From Camelus dromedarius (Eukaryota), in the NCBI RefSeq assembly GCF_036321535.1, contig NC_087462.1, forward strand, positions 17,546,001-17,610,000: a stretch of 64,000 bases of DNA. The letters are read 5' to 3'. Made by a program: the position numbers and the translations under genes. This document shows positions 1-11,016 of the stretch, in pieces. The notes under the pieces are model-generated. The model ran no database searches. It worked only from the letters and a program-made list of their open reading frames with translations, and was not told the origin of the DNA. The stretch's first letter is position 1, and each line of letters begins with the position of its first letter.

Positions 1-490
1 ATCACTTGCCATCACTGTCTGTATCATCTAAACTCGGAACTCATCATTTCCCCCTTCCTTTCCCCAGCCTCTAATAACCTGTGGATTGCCAAGTTCTCTG
101 GACTTGGTCTCCGCTGGTGTCTCACTGTGGACTCCTCCCTCACTCCTGACTGCGAGCCCGGATCCCTCGTGTTGGACTACACCGCCTCATCTCCCACCCC
201 CTGTCCTTTTCCCACCTTCTGTCCTAGGTTAGATCCTCTTCCAGACGTTTTCATCGTGACCGTTCCCAGGTCGGAAGGCATCCACATTCTCAGGACCCAC
301 AGCTACAGTCCATATACCTGGCCTCTCCCTCTCTTTCTGACCTGATCACCTGTCACTCTGCCTCATAACCGCCCCACTCCCACGAGATGGCTCTGTCTGT
401 GTCCCCTGAAACACACCTTCCACAGGTTTGCCTCCACACTCTGCACACCCTACTGGCCGGTTCACTCTGTGAATTCCAATCATCATTTGG
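1..490 (+). mobile_element. L2 LINE, degenerate 3' region
   Basis: Pyrimidine-rich L2-like blocks, e.g. ctggcctctccctctctttctgacctgatcacctgtcactct. Approximate boundaries. Confidence 0.5.
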
Positions 491-529
491 GCTCAGCTAC
501 AGTCTTGACAATCGTAACAAAGGAAGACA

Positions 530-795
530 GCAGTAACAGTGGCTAGAACTTTCTAAGCACCTTCCACGTGCCAAGCGTTGTCCTGAGTTACTCATATGCC
601 ATATTTCATTAACTTTCACAAACCCCCTAGGAGGTTCAGTACAATTCTTACCCTCCCCTCACAGTGGGAGAAATCTGGGCTCGGAAGTGTCAGGTACTAG
701 CTGAGGTCACAGACTCAGGATGCAGAACAGCTGGAGGTCAGACCCGGAGCTATCAGACGGCCCGGAGCTACTCTAACCTGCCGGCTACTCTGCCT
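530..795 (-). mobile_element. MIR SINE, interrupting the L2
   Basis: Reverse MIR pattern ctaagcacc...gtgccaagc...cacagtgggagaaatctgggctc...ggtcaca. Confidence 0.65.
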
Positions 796-799
796 AAAA

Positions 800-1020
800 C
801 TACTGCTCTTCTCTGAGCCCTGCCGGCCCCTTACCACGCATGGCCGCTCACTCGCCAGTTTGGCTGTGGACTGTTACCTCCCTAAACATTGTCTCGTATG
901 CACACATCTTTCCCGTCCCCAGTTAGACTGTAAGTCACCTGAGAACATGAATCAGACTTCTGGGCCTTAGAGGTTCTGGCCACCGACAGAGTGCTGGCTG
1001 CACTGATGAGGAGTGTAAAG
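800..1020 (+). mobile_element. L2 3' terminal fragment
   Basis: ccccagttagactgtaagtcacctgagaac resembles the L2 terminus ccactagactgtaagctccatgagg. Confidence 0.55.
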
Positions 1021-1081
1021 GAATCCACCCCGTTCAGCTTTGCTGGTCAATTCATCCTTTAAGCAGTGTGCGTACTCCCTT

Positions 1082-1112
1082 CCCCCACCCCCACCCCCCG
1101 CCCCCCGCCCCC
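1082..1112 (-). other. G-quadruplex-forming motif / GC-box cluster
   Basis: Five C-runs (5,5,6,6,5) with single-base spacers on +, so five G-runs on the SLIT3 sense strand. Confidence 0.75.
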
Positions 1113-2259
1113 GATCCTGGCTGTTCGGGTCCTTGAGGGACACACATCTGCGTGGCCTGGAGAAGGCGGGCTGACTGTAGCTCCCGAGTTTGCAGACTCT
1201 TGACGCTATTCGCTCCCGAGGCCTCTGTGAAGTCGGAGACAGTACAGGAAAACAGCAGTAAACCGCCCCCCCGGCCCCCGCAACTGCCGAGGACACCTGT
1301 GCCATTGAGTCTCCTTCTTGAGAGCCAAAAACGCAGTCGGTAATTACACAGACCCGCTTATCCATCGCTGCAGTATGTTTTTTTGTTAGCTGGCCCACTT
1401 AAAATCAGAGCCAGGAGATAGGACCGGCACACCACTTATGCATGTAAAATGTAAATTTAGGGCTCAGCCATCAAGCAGCTGGTTGACTCTGAGTTAGTCG
1501 CTGCCCTTCTCTGGTCCTCAGTTTTCTCACGGCTGATCCGTGGGGCTTTAGAGGATCTGTAAAGCTCCTCCCTCATCTTGCCTTTCTGGGATGCTAATCA
1601 ACACGACTTCTCAGTTTTGTTTTACGTGCATGATCTAGAGTCACATTTTTCACAAATTTGTCTGCTCCTCCTGGCCCTCTCCAGCTCCTGGGCAAACGCT
1701 CCCAGATGAAGCAGTGGGCAGCCTACTGTCTGGGATCCCCTTGCAAAGTCCTCTCTGTCCCCTGCCCCCTTCACCCCAGATGACTCTGCCTCTTGCATGC
1801 TTTGCATGTTAAACACCTAAAGCTTTCCGCTCAGTTCTCAGCAAAGGGGAGGCAGAGAGCCTGTATCAGGAAGCCATCATCAGCTTCCCAGCACACGCAG
1901 ATCCCTGCAGTCCATATAGGGAAAAGTAAGAGCTAAACTAGTTTTTGTTTTTTTTTTTTTTTAAAAAAAAACCTCCTTCAGGACTTTTTCAAGTTAAATG
2001 TGAGCCTGGAGAGGAGGTCAGAAATGCCTCCTCTGTACCCCTGTCCAAACACATGTTTCTAGCCCACGGACACAGTGGCGTGGGTAGAAAATTCAGAAGA
2101 CATACTCCTCGTGAAGGGAAGGGCCCAGGAGTCATGATAAGAAGCAAACAGACGGGGCCAGGTGGGAAACGACAAAATTCCTTATTTGACAAGTTCAAAA
2201 AAGTGATGATGGGACAGTTCTGCAGCAATGGGCAACGGAATCTGCACGTGACAAAATTA

Positions 2260-2502
2260 CACAGAAGTGCACGTGCTCACGTGTGCACACAGATACAAAT
2301 GAGTGAGTGTGAACCCGGGACGTCGGAAGAATGAGGTCTGTGGACTGCACCCAGGTCTGCTTCCTGGCTTTGCTGTTATACTATGGTTATATAAGATGTT
2401 ACCACTGGGAAAAAACTGGGTAAAAGGGTACACAGACCAATCTGCTATTTTTTTAAGCTTCCTGTGAATCAATAATTATTTCAAAATAAAAATTGTAAAA
2501 AA
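2260..2502 (+). mobile_element. Old L1 (L1MC-like) 3' UTR terminus
   Basis: gatgttaccactgggaaaaaactgggtaaaagggtacacag...tgtgaatcaataattatttcaaaataaaaa matches the recalled L1MC terminus. Confidence 0.7.
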
Positions 2503-2649
2503 CCACCCCAAGCACCTCGTGCAGATCTGGCTATTTCTCCCCATGATCCTGGGACACAAGTCCCAGGGCTCTCCCACAAGATCCCATTTCTAACGGTGAG
2601 CTACACCTTCACCATCACGATCTTGAGCGTCATCAAGGCTCCCACGTAG

Positions 2650-2825
2650 TGAACACTTACAAACACGAGGCACTAAGTGTTTAAAACACGTTCTCATTTG
2701 CATCATTACCCCACCAGGCTATCATCCCCATTTTACAGACGGTAATGACCTTGGGAGAAGCTGAGTCGAGCTCCAGGCCACAGGCCCCTCTGGGGCCAGG
2801 CTGTGACTCAGGTCTGGGACTCCAT
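2650..2825 (-). mobile_element. MIR SINE
   Basis: Reverse MIR core atcatccccattttacagac. Confidence 0.6.
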
Positions 2826-3040
2826 GCTCACACTTGAGGATGAAAAACCAGAGAAAGGCAGGACTCTGTGGAGCTGGCGATCGACGCGTGTTCCCTGGAA
2901 ACCACGGAAGCACATCCCTCAACCCGCCTCAGAGGCTCCTGGATGGAGGCAGCACACAGCACGGCGACACCGCCTTCCCGTCCAGTCCCCCCGCCCTGCT
3001 CTGGCCAGAGCATCACATCTGCATCGAAGGAAGGAAAACA

Positions 3041-3048
3041 TCACTTAC
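3041..3048 (-). promoter_or_regulatory. SLIT3: 5' splice donor of the SLIT3 exon
   Basis: Minus strand CCT|GTAAGTGA, with the full consensus GTAAGT. Confidence 0.93.
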
Positions 3049-3120
3049 AGGTTCTTCACGTCGGCGATGCCTCGGAACGCCTTCCTGGGGATGCCCACGA
3101 TCTGGTTCTCGCTCAGGTCT
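3049..3120 (-). CDS. SLIT3: Internal coding exon of SLIT3 (equivalent to human exon 5), one 24-aa LRR of domain D1
   Basis: Minus strand reads ttgtttag|A GAC CTG AGC GAG AAC CAG ATC GTG GGC ATC CCC AGG AAG GCG TTC CGA GGC ATC GCC GAC GTG AAG AAC CT|gtaagt = (L)[23 protein letters not shown](L). Exactly 72 nt, phase 2-2, canonical AG/GT. The GIxDVKN ending matches recalled SLIT3 ([24 protein letters not shown]) better than SLIT2 (GAVDIKN) or SLIT1 (GATDLKN). Not present in the supplied ORF track. Confidence 0.95.
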
Positions 3121-3152
3121 CTAAACAAGAAGAGAAGACGCACAGGCGTTAA
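3121..3152 (-). promoter_or_regulatory. SLIT3: 3' splice acceptor, polypyrimidine tract and candidate branch point
   Basis: Minus strand ggTTAACgcctgtgcgtcttctcttcttgtttAG. The yUnAy branch A at 3149 lies 28 nt from the acceptor. Confidence 0.85.
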
Positions 3153-4019
3153 CCACCCGGCCTGGCTTTATCTGCATCTCATTACGATAACAAAACCCCT
3201 CGGAGGCTGCCTCTGCCGTCAGGGGTGCCTGGGGGGCTGTTCAGTCGCAGGCCGCAGGCTGCTGCAAGCCTTCACTTTGCTCCTCTGGTGCCGGCCTTTG
3301 CTGAAATGGTTACCAGGCGGAGCGGTTCGCCTCCAGGCGGGCTCTGTGGGTGGTCTCGCACCTCCAGGCCACGAGCCAAGCTGCTGGGTTATTTGTCGCA
3401 CACACGTTCTGCACCCAAGTCTCTGTTTTGCCACCTCCCAGAGTTGACCCCTTCCTCTCCCCTCCCCCACAGCGTCCCTCCCCCACCACAGGGTCAACAC
3501 CACTCCGTCTCCCATCTCTCAGGGACTCTCTCTCTTTGCCATCTGCGATTGGAACGGAGCCTGGCCATCCTGCTTTTCTGACAGGGGATGACCATCTCTG
3601 CTTTTATTCGTGCTCCAGAGAGACCTCTGGGGGTCTCCTGGATCATCTCTGTGATAGGCGTGATGAATTCAACTTTCATTTCCACAAACCCATCCAAAAT
3701 GGGGGTCCCACTGCACCTCATCTCGGATTTAGCCCTGCGAACACGTTGCTTTGAGCAAAGAAGGGAAGGGACAAAGTGTCACGTCCTGAAGCTGGCTCAA
3801 ACCCAAGTCCTGCACCAAGGTCCTCTTTATGAATCCCCAAAGCCTCAATTTCCTTTCATAAGACCCATGCTTTTTTTTTTTTTTTCCATTTTGTTTTCCG
3901 GTTTCATTTTTTGCTGGACCAAACACACACACTTGTTTCATTCATACCTCATGCTTGCTTGGGGTCTTAGAGATTAATCAAGTATGTGCATGTGTATCAA
4001 TCACATCTATATCTATAAA

Positions 4020-4420
4020 TATGCATTCCTGTTATTTCGGAAAAAACACAAAAACCTTCACATATTAAGGTAAAAAAATTACCTACCCAGACATAACCAC
4101 TGTTACCAATTAGGAGTAATATATATAAATTTCACCAATATGATCTCACAGTACAGAGTCTGTCATAACCTTTTTTTTTGCTTACTATATTGAGACCATC
4201 TGTTCATATCATTAACTGTACATCTACACTGACATTTTTAATGGCTGTATATCATCCAATTCTATAAACGGCTATATGATCCCGCATTGCTGGGTATTTG
4301 TTTGCCATTTACCGAAACACTGGGGTGAACTTCCCTGCCTGTGCATTCTGGGGACACTTGTTTGGCTACTTCCTTGGTATCAAGTCCCCTGAGGCGAATG
4401 CACTGGGTCAACACCTCCTG
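4020..4420 (-). mobile_element. Old L1 (L1ME-like) fragment
   Basis: cataacctttttttttgcttactata...ttttaatggctgtatatcatcca are reverse L1ME motifs. Confidence 0.6.
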
Positions 4421-6724
4421 CTCTTGTCTGTTGAGGGGCCACATGCTGAGCAGCTGGCCAAAAGGAGATGCGCGGGGACTGTCCGGGGCCACTGTTAGGC
4501 TCAGAGTTGCAGCAGGGTTCGGAGATGGATGCTAGCGGCTTCTGGGGCTGAAGAACAGAGTGCTCCCCATCGCAAATCCACTTTCCTCTGCCTGCAGCAG
4601 ATGTAAGTAAATTCAGATGCACGGTGAGTCCCGTTGCAGGCTCCCCCGGCTGGGCCTGATTCAATGAGCAGGGCTCCAGCCTCGAGTCAGGGCGCTGAAC
4701 AAAGCCCACGATGACAGCAGAGGTCAGGCAGTGTCACCGAGGCCACTCCTCTGCTCTCCATCAGCCTCCAGGAGAAAGGGGCCCAGGTCCTGTCATCTGA
4801 CTAATGCAATTTCCATGACATCTGGGCCATACCCAGGGCTCCGGGAGCCACAATGGGCCCAGTCTTCTCTGCAAATGACAGCAAGCCCCTGCCGCGAGCC
4901 TCCCAGGCCTGGCTGCTAGCTGTGGCCGCTCTGGGAAACAGCTCAGGCCACACTCTCGGCAAATGGCTGATGATCAGAATCAGGGGCAGGTGGAGGAAAC
5001 AGGAGAGAGGTTTAGAATGATCACCCTTAAGCCCGCTGGAAAGCCAGAAGAAGGGGTACATAGTCCAGTAATGCATTAATCCTCTGAGGTTAAGGCACCC
5101 CAGTCTACCGAAGGAACAGCGACTGTATGGGAGTTCTGGTTTGCAGTACAGTGGGAGGAAGAGAGGCGAGCCATGTCTAAGCAGAAAAATCTGGTGGAAA
5201 ATCTCCCAAGGAACACTCACACAGACAAAATCCCGCGCTTGGATGGGACAGCCACTTGGGTTTCTGCTCGCTGTTTTTTTTTTTTTTTTTTTTTTGCTGT
5301 AAACAGACCCAGTCTTGCCCCCATCTTAAGGAACCCCGTTTAAAGCATAGCACCTCCCACCTCCCCGCATGGATTTCCCCCTACCGCAACTGAGCAAGGC
5401 AGTAGATTGCAGGGAATTTATCTGTTCTCCATGACAATCTGCTTGTAAATTTTATTAATTTTATTTTCCATTGAGTCTTCCTTCTCCGGCTAACAATACC
5501 GCTCCCATCTATCTGCAGGATTGTATATTGATTTCATAAATACCTCCAGTGGGCTGACAAACTGACAGCTTTAATGGTGTTACTGATGGGGCGTGGAAGA
5601 GGGTTCAGGGCTGGGTGCTTCATTTTTGGTAACTGTCCCTTCACAATTATCTCCCGGGCCTTTGTGAGGGTTCCTAATAGTGTGTTTATCTCAGCGTGAT
5701 GCCAGAGCATGAAGCGATGGTTAAGTACTATCCTTGAGAGAGACAAGAGCCACCATTTTCGGCTGACACTTAAATAAAAATAACAAAATCTATCCGTAGG
5801 GCCCAAGAGCCTAGTTCCAGCCAACTGCTTGTTGGTAGGGGTTGAGTGCCTCCCTCTTCCTGGGGGAAAATGCTTGAAAGTGACCAGGGAAAGGGAACTT
5901 GCTTTTTTTTTTTTTTTTTTTTCCTTCAATCCTTAGATAAAAGGTATGAGGTTGGAGTTAGAATGAAAAAGAGGGGTGTGCCGGGATTTTCTGGGGGAAA
6001 CAAAGGAAGATGGCTGGGTGGGAAGTGGGGCTACAGATCGGGATGTCTTTTTAAATAATTAGGGCTCTGAAAGAAAGGAGGACTGCATTAGCTAAAGTGC
6101 ATTTTCCTGCTTCCGGAAAATGATTAACGGACTGATTATTCCGTCCAAAAACACAAGACCAAAGAGGACTTATTAAGGAGACAGTAAGTCAAATAGGAGT
6201 TGGCAAGAACCAATATATCCCCCTTCCAGCCAACAGCTGCCCCCCTCCCCACCTTTTTAATTTACTAAAATGCTTTGGACACAGATTAACTTTCTTTGCA
6301 AATTTATTATTGCTTCATCCACCTTGAAGTGGGAACTGCAGACACTTTGATAAATGGATTGAAAGGTTGTCTAGTTCCAGTGGCGCTTTTGACGTGCTTC
6401 CCGGGGCTCTCCCTGCAATGTCAGGCGTGCTTTGTTCTCAGAGCGACAGTGAATGACAGTCCCCACCTTCACCCCACCCCTGCCTCCCATGCTTACCAGC
6501 AAGACCAAAGGCAAGAAGCAAGAAAACGCTCTCCTCTTTGCCCTGGTGGGGACAGTGTGCTTGTCTCGGTCACCGTCATGCTACCAGCAAGTCCTGTCTG
6601 TGTTGCATGACAGTTTATGGGGGATTTGCTCCCAGAGGTCAATCTCGAATCTTCCCAAAGGTACAAAACGGGGCTTGGAAGCACCCTGACCTTGGAGAAT
6701 TCTTGTGTCTAAAGTAGGTAGAGC

Positions 6725-6912
6725 CAGTGACAAGCTGTATGATCATGCAAACTACTGAAATGCTCTATGCCTCAGTGCCCCCATCTTTACAGTGGGACTA
6801 TTAATTTTGGTGACCTCACAGGTTAACAGTGAGGATGAAATGAGTTGGTATGTGTGCACTGTGGACAGCACCTGGAACCGTGGAGGCATTCGATGAAAGG
6901 CTGCATTTATTT
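6725..6912 (+). mobile_element. MIR SINE
   Basis: tgcctcagtgcccccatctttacagtggga...gtgaggatgaaatgag. Confidence 0.7.
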
Positions 6913-8726
6913 CTTGGACTTTCCCCCCATTTAGCCCTGGATTTACACTGTTGAAAACCCCTTATCGCCATTCTCAGAACATACACCGACAGCTCTGCAA
7001 GGAATAGAACACCTACACGTTGCTAATATTCTTTCTGTAAAATCCGAGGGAGATCAAAGTTTCACACATCTGTCATCTGGACAAGAGTATCTGTATTCTG
7101 TAGTCTAGATTCTTTTGGATAAAACAAGAGCGCCTGACTCGGGAGGAAAGGTCTGTCTTAGGTTGGGCTCTCTCAGAAGCAGTTGCTTAGCCAAGTGATG
7201 GATTCACAGAGTGCTCCTGGGAGAGACAGGTAAGGGATGGAGGAAGCAGGATGGAGAAGAAATGAAGGACAATTAGGTAAAGGGCTTGGCCTTAGCCCGG
7301 TACCCTGGGAGTTCCTGCCTCTAACCAAGGGATCTGGGTCTCTGTGGCCCAGCACCAGACAGTCCTTGGTTACAGCACCCAGGGGAAATGCAAATTCCCC
7401 ACCTCTGCCTGCTCTCCGTAAGGCTGGATGAAGTAGTTCCAGCAGCTCACAGATAGATTGCTGAAGAGGTTCCCAGCCGTGACTTTTTAACAGCAAGGCC
7501 CAAAGAGGCAGGAGATGGGAGCCAATGTCTGTAAAGGGACCCAGAGGATCCAACCCAAAGCACTCATAAGAGAGTTCAAGGACAGTTCTCCTAAATCAGA
7601 AAGTTCTCTGAAGGTTCAGAAAAATCACTCCCGAAAGGTAACATGTCCAGGATCAAGAGGCCATGGAGGAAGCTAAGTGAGCAAAGGAAACTGGGACGAC
7701 CCAGTCAGGTACCTTCTTTGTCTACCTCCCCAAGCCCCTTGCACGGAGACCAATCAGGTGCCTTTTTAGTAACATTTTAAACTATCCATCAATTCTTGGT
7801 TAGCCAAATGAAAAGAGAGGATAATCTAAAAGCATTTATATTTAGAACCTTTATTGGATTCGGGATCAGGGCAGTGGATTGCCATTCTGATTCTCTTCGA
7901 CCTGAGTATGCATTAAAATTATTTTCCTAGTCACTCGCTGCCTAGCAGGAAGAAACAGCCCATTGGTGCAGTAGGTATCAATCAAAACTCATTTAGGGAT
8001 TTAAAAAATGAAGGCTAATCTATGAGTCTAACGTTTCTTGTGCTCTCAGTACTAGCATCCTCTGCGAAGCTGAGCCTTGCTCTTCTACCCCCAGCTCCTA
8101 ACACACGTAGCTGGGACTGACTCATCACTCTACTCTAGGACTCAGAGAGAAAGATCGTTTTGCTTACCTTATTCTATATAGCAGGAGGGACAGATATGCA
8201 GGAAAAGTTATTCCCTGGGGATTTTATAATGTGGGCTTCAGGGAGGATTTATCTTAAAAAGGTAAATCTCTTGTGCAGGCAATTTATCTTAATAAGCAAG
8301 ATTATATGTTTGCAGTTGGGTCACCATCAAAACCAAATGAGCCCCAAACATATGTCCCAGCTCTGAAGCCCTGGTACCACCCGCTGGGTGTCTGGTCAGT
8401 GGCATCCTTTGTCTGAGGGAGATTACAGTGGAGTACCAGGAGCATTTCCTGAAAGAAATGCCAGAGACTCAAAGTATTAATGGAGGGACAAAAACAAAAA
8501 CAAAAAGCAACAATGATTTCCCACTGCTCCAGTCAAGTTTCTATTTCACTGCAGTAGGAGCTGACATTGCCTGCTCCCTTGATGTTAAAAAGTTACTGAA
8601 TGAAAGACTTCAGTAAGAGCTCCTTCCTCTCTGCCTTCTCTGACAAGCTCGTCAGTGCAGTCCTAGTCATAGCACCCAGATGTTTAATGCTGGTGGCTTA
8701 AATGTCAGCTCAGATTCTGATTTTAC

Positions 8727-8830
8727 TCAACAACAACAAAATGAATTGAGCACCTACTATGTGCTACTCTACTGAGATACAGAAGTAAACAGAACCAAGC
8801 TTCTGTCCTCCTGGAATGTGCATCTCATCG
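8727..8830 (-). mobile_element. L2 3' end
   Basis: tgaattgagcacctactatgtgc...gatacagaagtaaacagaaccaag. Confidence 0.6.
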
Positions 8831-9202
8831 ACCCCAGACACAAATAAGCAGACAAAGCAGACACCTGTACATACATGAGAACGTAAACATCCAGACACCT
8901 CAAAAAGTAACAGCTACAGTTTCACTTTTCTTTCCTTTTCAACAAGAAGGAAGCCTGTGTCTAAATTCACACCACAAGATTGTTCCTAACCACCAAGGAA
9001 AATAATTCACAGGTTTGTTTTACTCGCGATACAAAATCTTTTTAGTTTTTTGGGGGAAGGGAAAGCTGCCAATCTGAATCGCTGGGACTTGCAGGGGTGC
9101 AGATTTGTTTCATCAAGTACTTTGGTTTTGTCTTTCAAAGTGGACAGTTTGATAAAAATCAGGACAGTTCGAAGATGTTATTAAGAGCTGGCATGGCAGA
9201 GC

Positions 9203-9702
9203 TGCCGTTCTCACAGCGGGGTTCACCGTCTACCTGATCAGAATTTACTTACTGATGGTGCCTTGAAAAAATATAGATCCCTGATTTCTAAAGTAATTTA
9301 GATACGATCATGGTATATAATGTCATGCTTTTGATGTTTTAAAGTGTTTGCTATGTTACCATTTTTCCTTTTACTTAGGTCTTTTTCTTTGAGAGATACG
9401 TATTGAAATAATTAAGCATGAAATGATGATGTCTGGGTTTTGCTTCAAAATAAAATAGAAGATAGAGAACTGGGTAGAGGTAGACACGAAACAAGACTGG
9501 CCATGAGCTGAAACCTATTGGAGCTGAGTGATGGGTATGTGAAGGGGGTTCACTTACAATCTGTGCTTGACTTTCGTACATGGGTGAAATTTTCCATAAT
9601 TAAAAAAATTTTAATGTAGATTCCTGGGACCCATCCCAGACCTACTGAATCAGAAACCCTGGGGATGAGTTCTGGACACTTGAAATAAGTTTGAGAACAT
9701 GG
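9203..9702. mobile_element. MER5-family hAT-Charlie MITE split by an L1 fragment
   Basis: Right half ccatcccagacctactgaatcagaaaccctgggg...tttgagaacatg. Left half gttctcacagcgggg. Similar junction sequences atagatccctg and gtagattcctg. Confidence 0.55.
9289..9612 (+). mobile_element. L1MC4-like 3' UTR terminus
   Basis: gagatacgtattgaaata...gatgtctgggttttgcttcaaaata...gaaacaagactggccatgagctg...gaaattttccataattaaaaaa. Confidence 0.75.
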
Positions 9703-9727
9703 GTAGAACGATTACTGTATGTGATTA

Positions 9728-9850
9728 GGGGCCGAGTTCATGTCCCAGCTGTGCCACTTAGTGGGCTGTGTGTCTTCAAGAGCATTCGTTTAACTCTCTG
9801 AGCCTCAATTTCTATTTCTGTGAAATTAGGATAAACTTCATGGATAATGG
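9728..9850 (+). mobile_element. MIR SINE
   Basis: gtcccagctgtgccacttagtgggctgtg...taactctctgagcctcaatttct. Confidence 0.7.
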
Positions 9851-10042
9851 ACAAGCAAGTGCTTTCTATATTCCAACAGAGTACGTAAGTGCAAATCACT
9901 GCATTTATTTTCTTAATTAACAAATACAGCATCCTACTTTCTTAAGTAGCTAGTCTCATTTTAGGGAAAGTCTTGGGTCCAAGATGCAAAGGCCTCCTGT
10001 GTCTCAGGTGTGAGCCTGCTGGTATTGGGCAAAATGCCTACA

Positions 10043-10248
10043 AGACAGATAGGTAGATAGACAGACAGACAGACTGGTAGATAGATAAACAGACAGACTG
10101 GTAGGTAGGTAGGCAGATAGGTAGGTAGGTAGGTAGGTAGGTAGATAGATAGACAGACAGACAGACTGGTAGATAGACTGGTAGACAGACAGACTGGTAG
10201 ACTGGTAGACTGGTAGACAGACAGACAGACAGATAGATGGGTAGACAG
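10043..10248. repeat. Compound tetranucleotide microsatellite (AGAC/AGAT/AGGT)n with ACTGGTAG units
   Basis: Directly visible, about 205 bp. Confidence 0.95.
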
Positions 10249-11016
10249 GGCCTCCTCACAGGAGGTGACTGAGGCAGGCAGTGACAACATTTAGTCTATA
10301 TTTTAGAAAGCCACTCAGGGACCCCATCTGGAGCCTGATCTAGGAAGAACTGAGAGTCCCTGGGTGATTACACCCTTTCCTGGGATCCCAGAGATACGGT
10401 GGAAGAAAACTAAGCACTCTGTCCCTGATCCTCCCAAACCCACGGGGAAGACTCTGCCTTCCTGAGATGAGGACATTCCTGGTGGGGCTTCACAGGCAGG
10501 TGATTCCCTGTAGTTTGCTAGGAGGGCTGCAGTCTAGGTGGGAAATCACCGGGGGGCAGGTAACGAGCAGGACGGCGCCGCCAGGCTGACGGGCAGACCA
10601 AGGGCCGGGAGCTCGGATGAAGGCCTGCTGTTCAAGCACAGCGGGGCTAAGCACCCAGGCTGAGGCCTGAGGGCTACGAGATGCTACCAGAGGCTGCAGG
10701 TGGAGATGGGGTTACTGGCTGGCTCTCTGAGTAGCTCCCATCGTGGGCACCCTTTCTGTCTCTTTCTGGGTGGATGTTCCGGAGACCACAAACTCAAATG
10801 TCTCAGGGCTTCACAGGTTAAAGCAAATGGGTAAAGCAGGCTGAAAGCGGACAATAGTAATAGTGAGGGGGTGAGCTGGGGAGAGCGCAGGGCCAATCCA
10901 AACTAACTCCCCCAGGTCAAAGCCAAGCAACCCTCTGTGCTGGCCGACGGAGCATCTCAAGAGCTGAGGAGTGCAGAGGCCAACACCCCTCCAGCGAAGA
11001 CCTGCTAGCTCTACAA

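Larger units (their letters stand above)
1..3048 (-). other. SLIT3: 5' portion of the following SLIT3 intron (intron 5)
   Basis: Lies downstream of the GTAAGT donor. The next expected exon (QLDNNHISCIEDGAF...) was not found. Confidence 0.85.

Noticed and set aside
1-3048. Intronic polyadenylation giving a truncated SLIT3 ending KNL-stop
   Set aside because: I saw no AATAAA or ATTAAA on the minus strand in this 3 kb.
2803-3447. 214-aa + strand ORF overlapping the SLIT3 exon in antisense
   Set aside because: No recognisable domain or splice context; long stop-free frames are expected in this GC-rich patch.
9961-10290. ORFs with repetitive LSVCLSIYLPTY peptides
   Set aside because: Translation of the tetranucleotide microsatellite.
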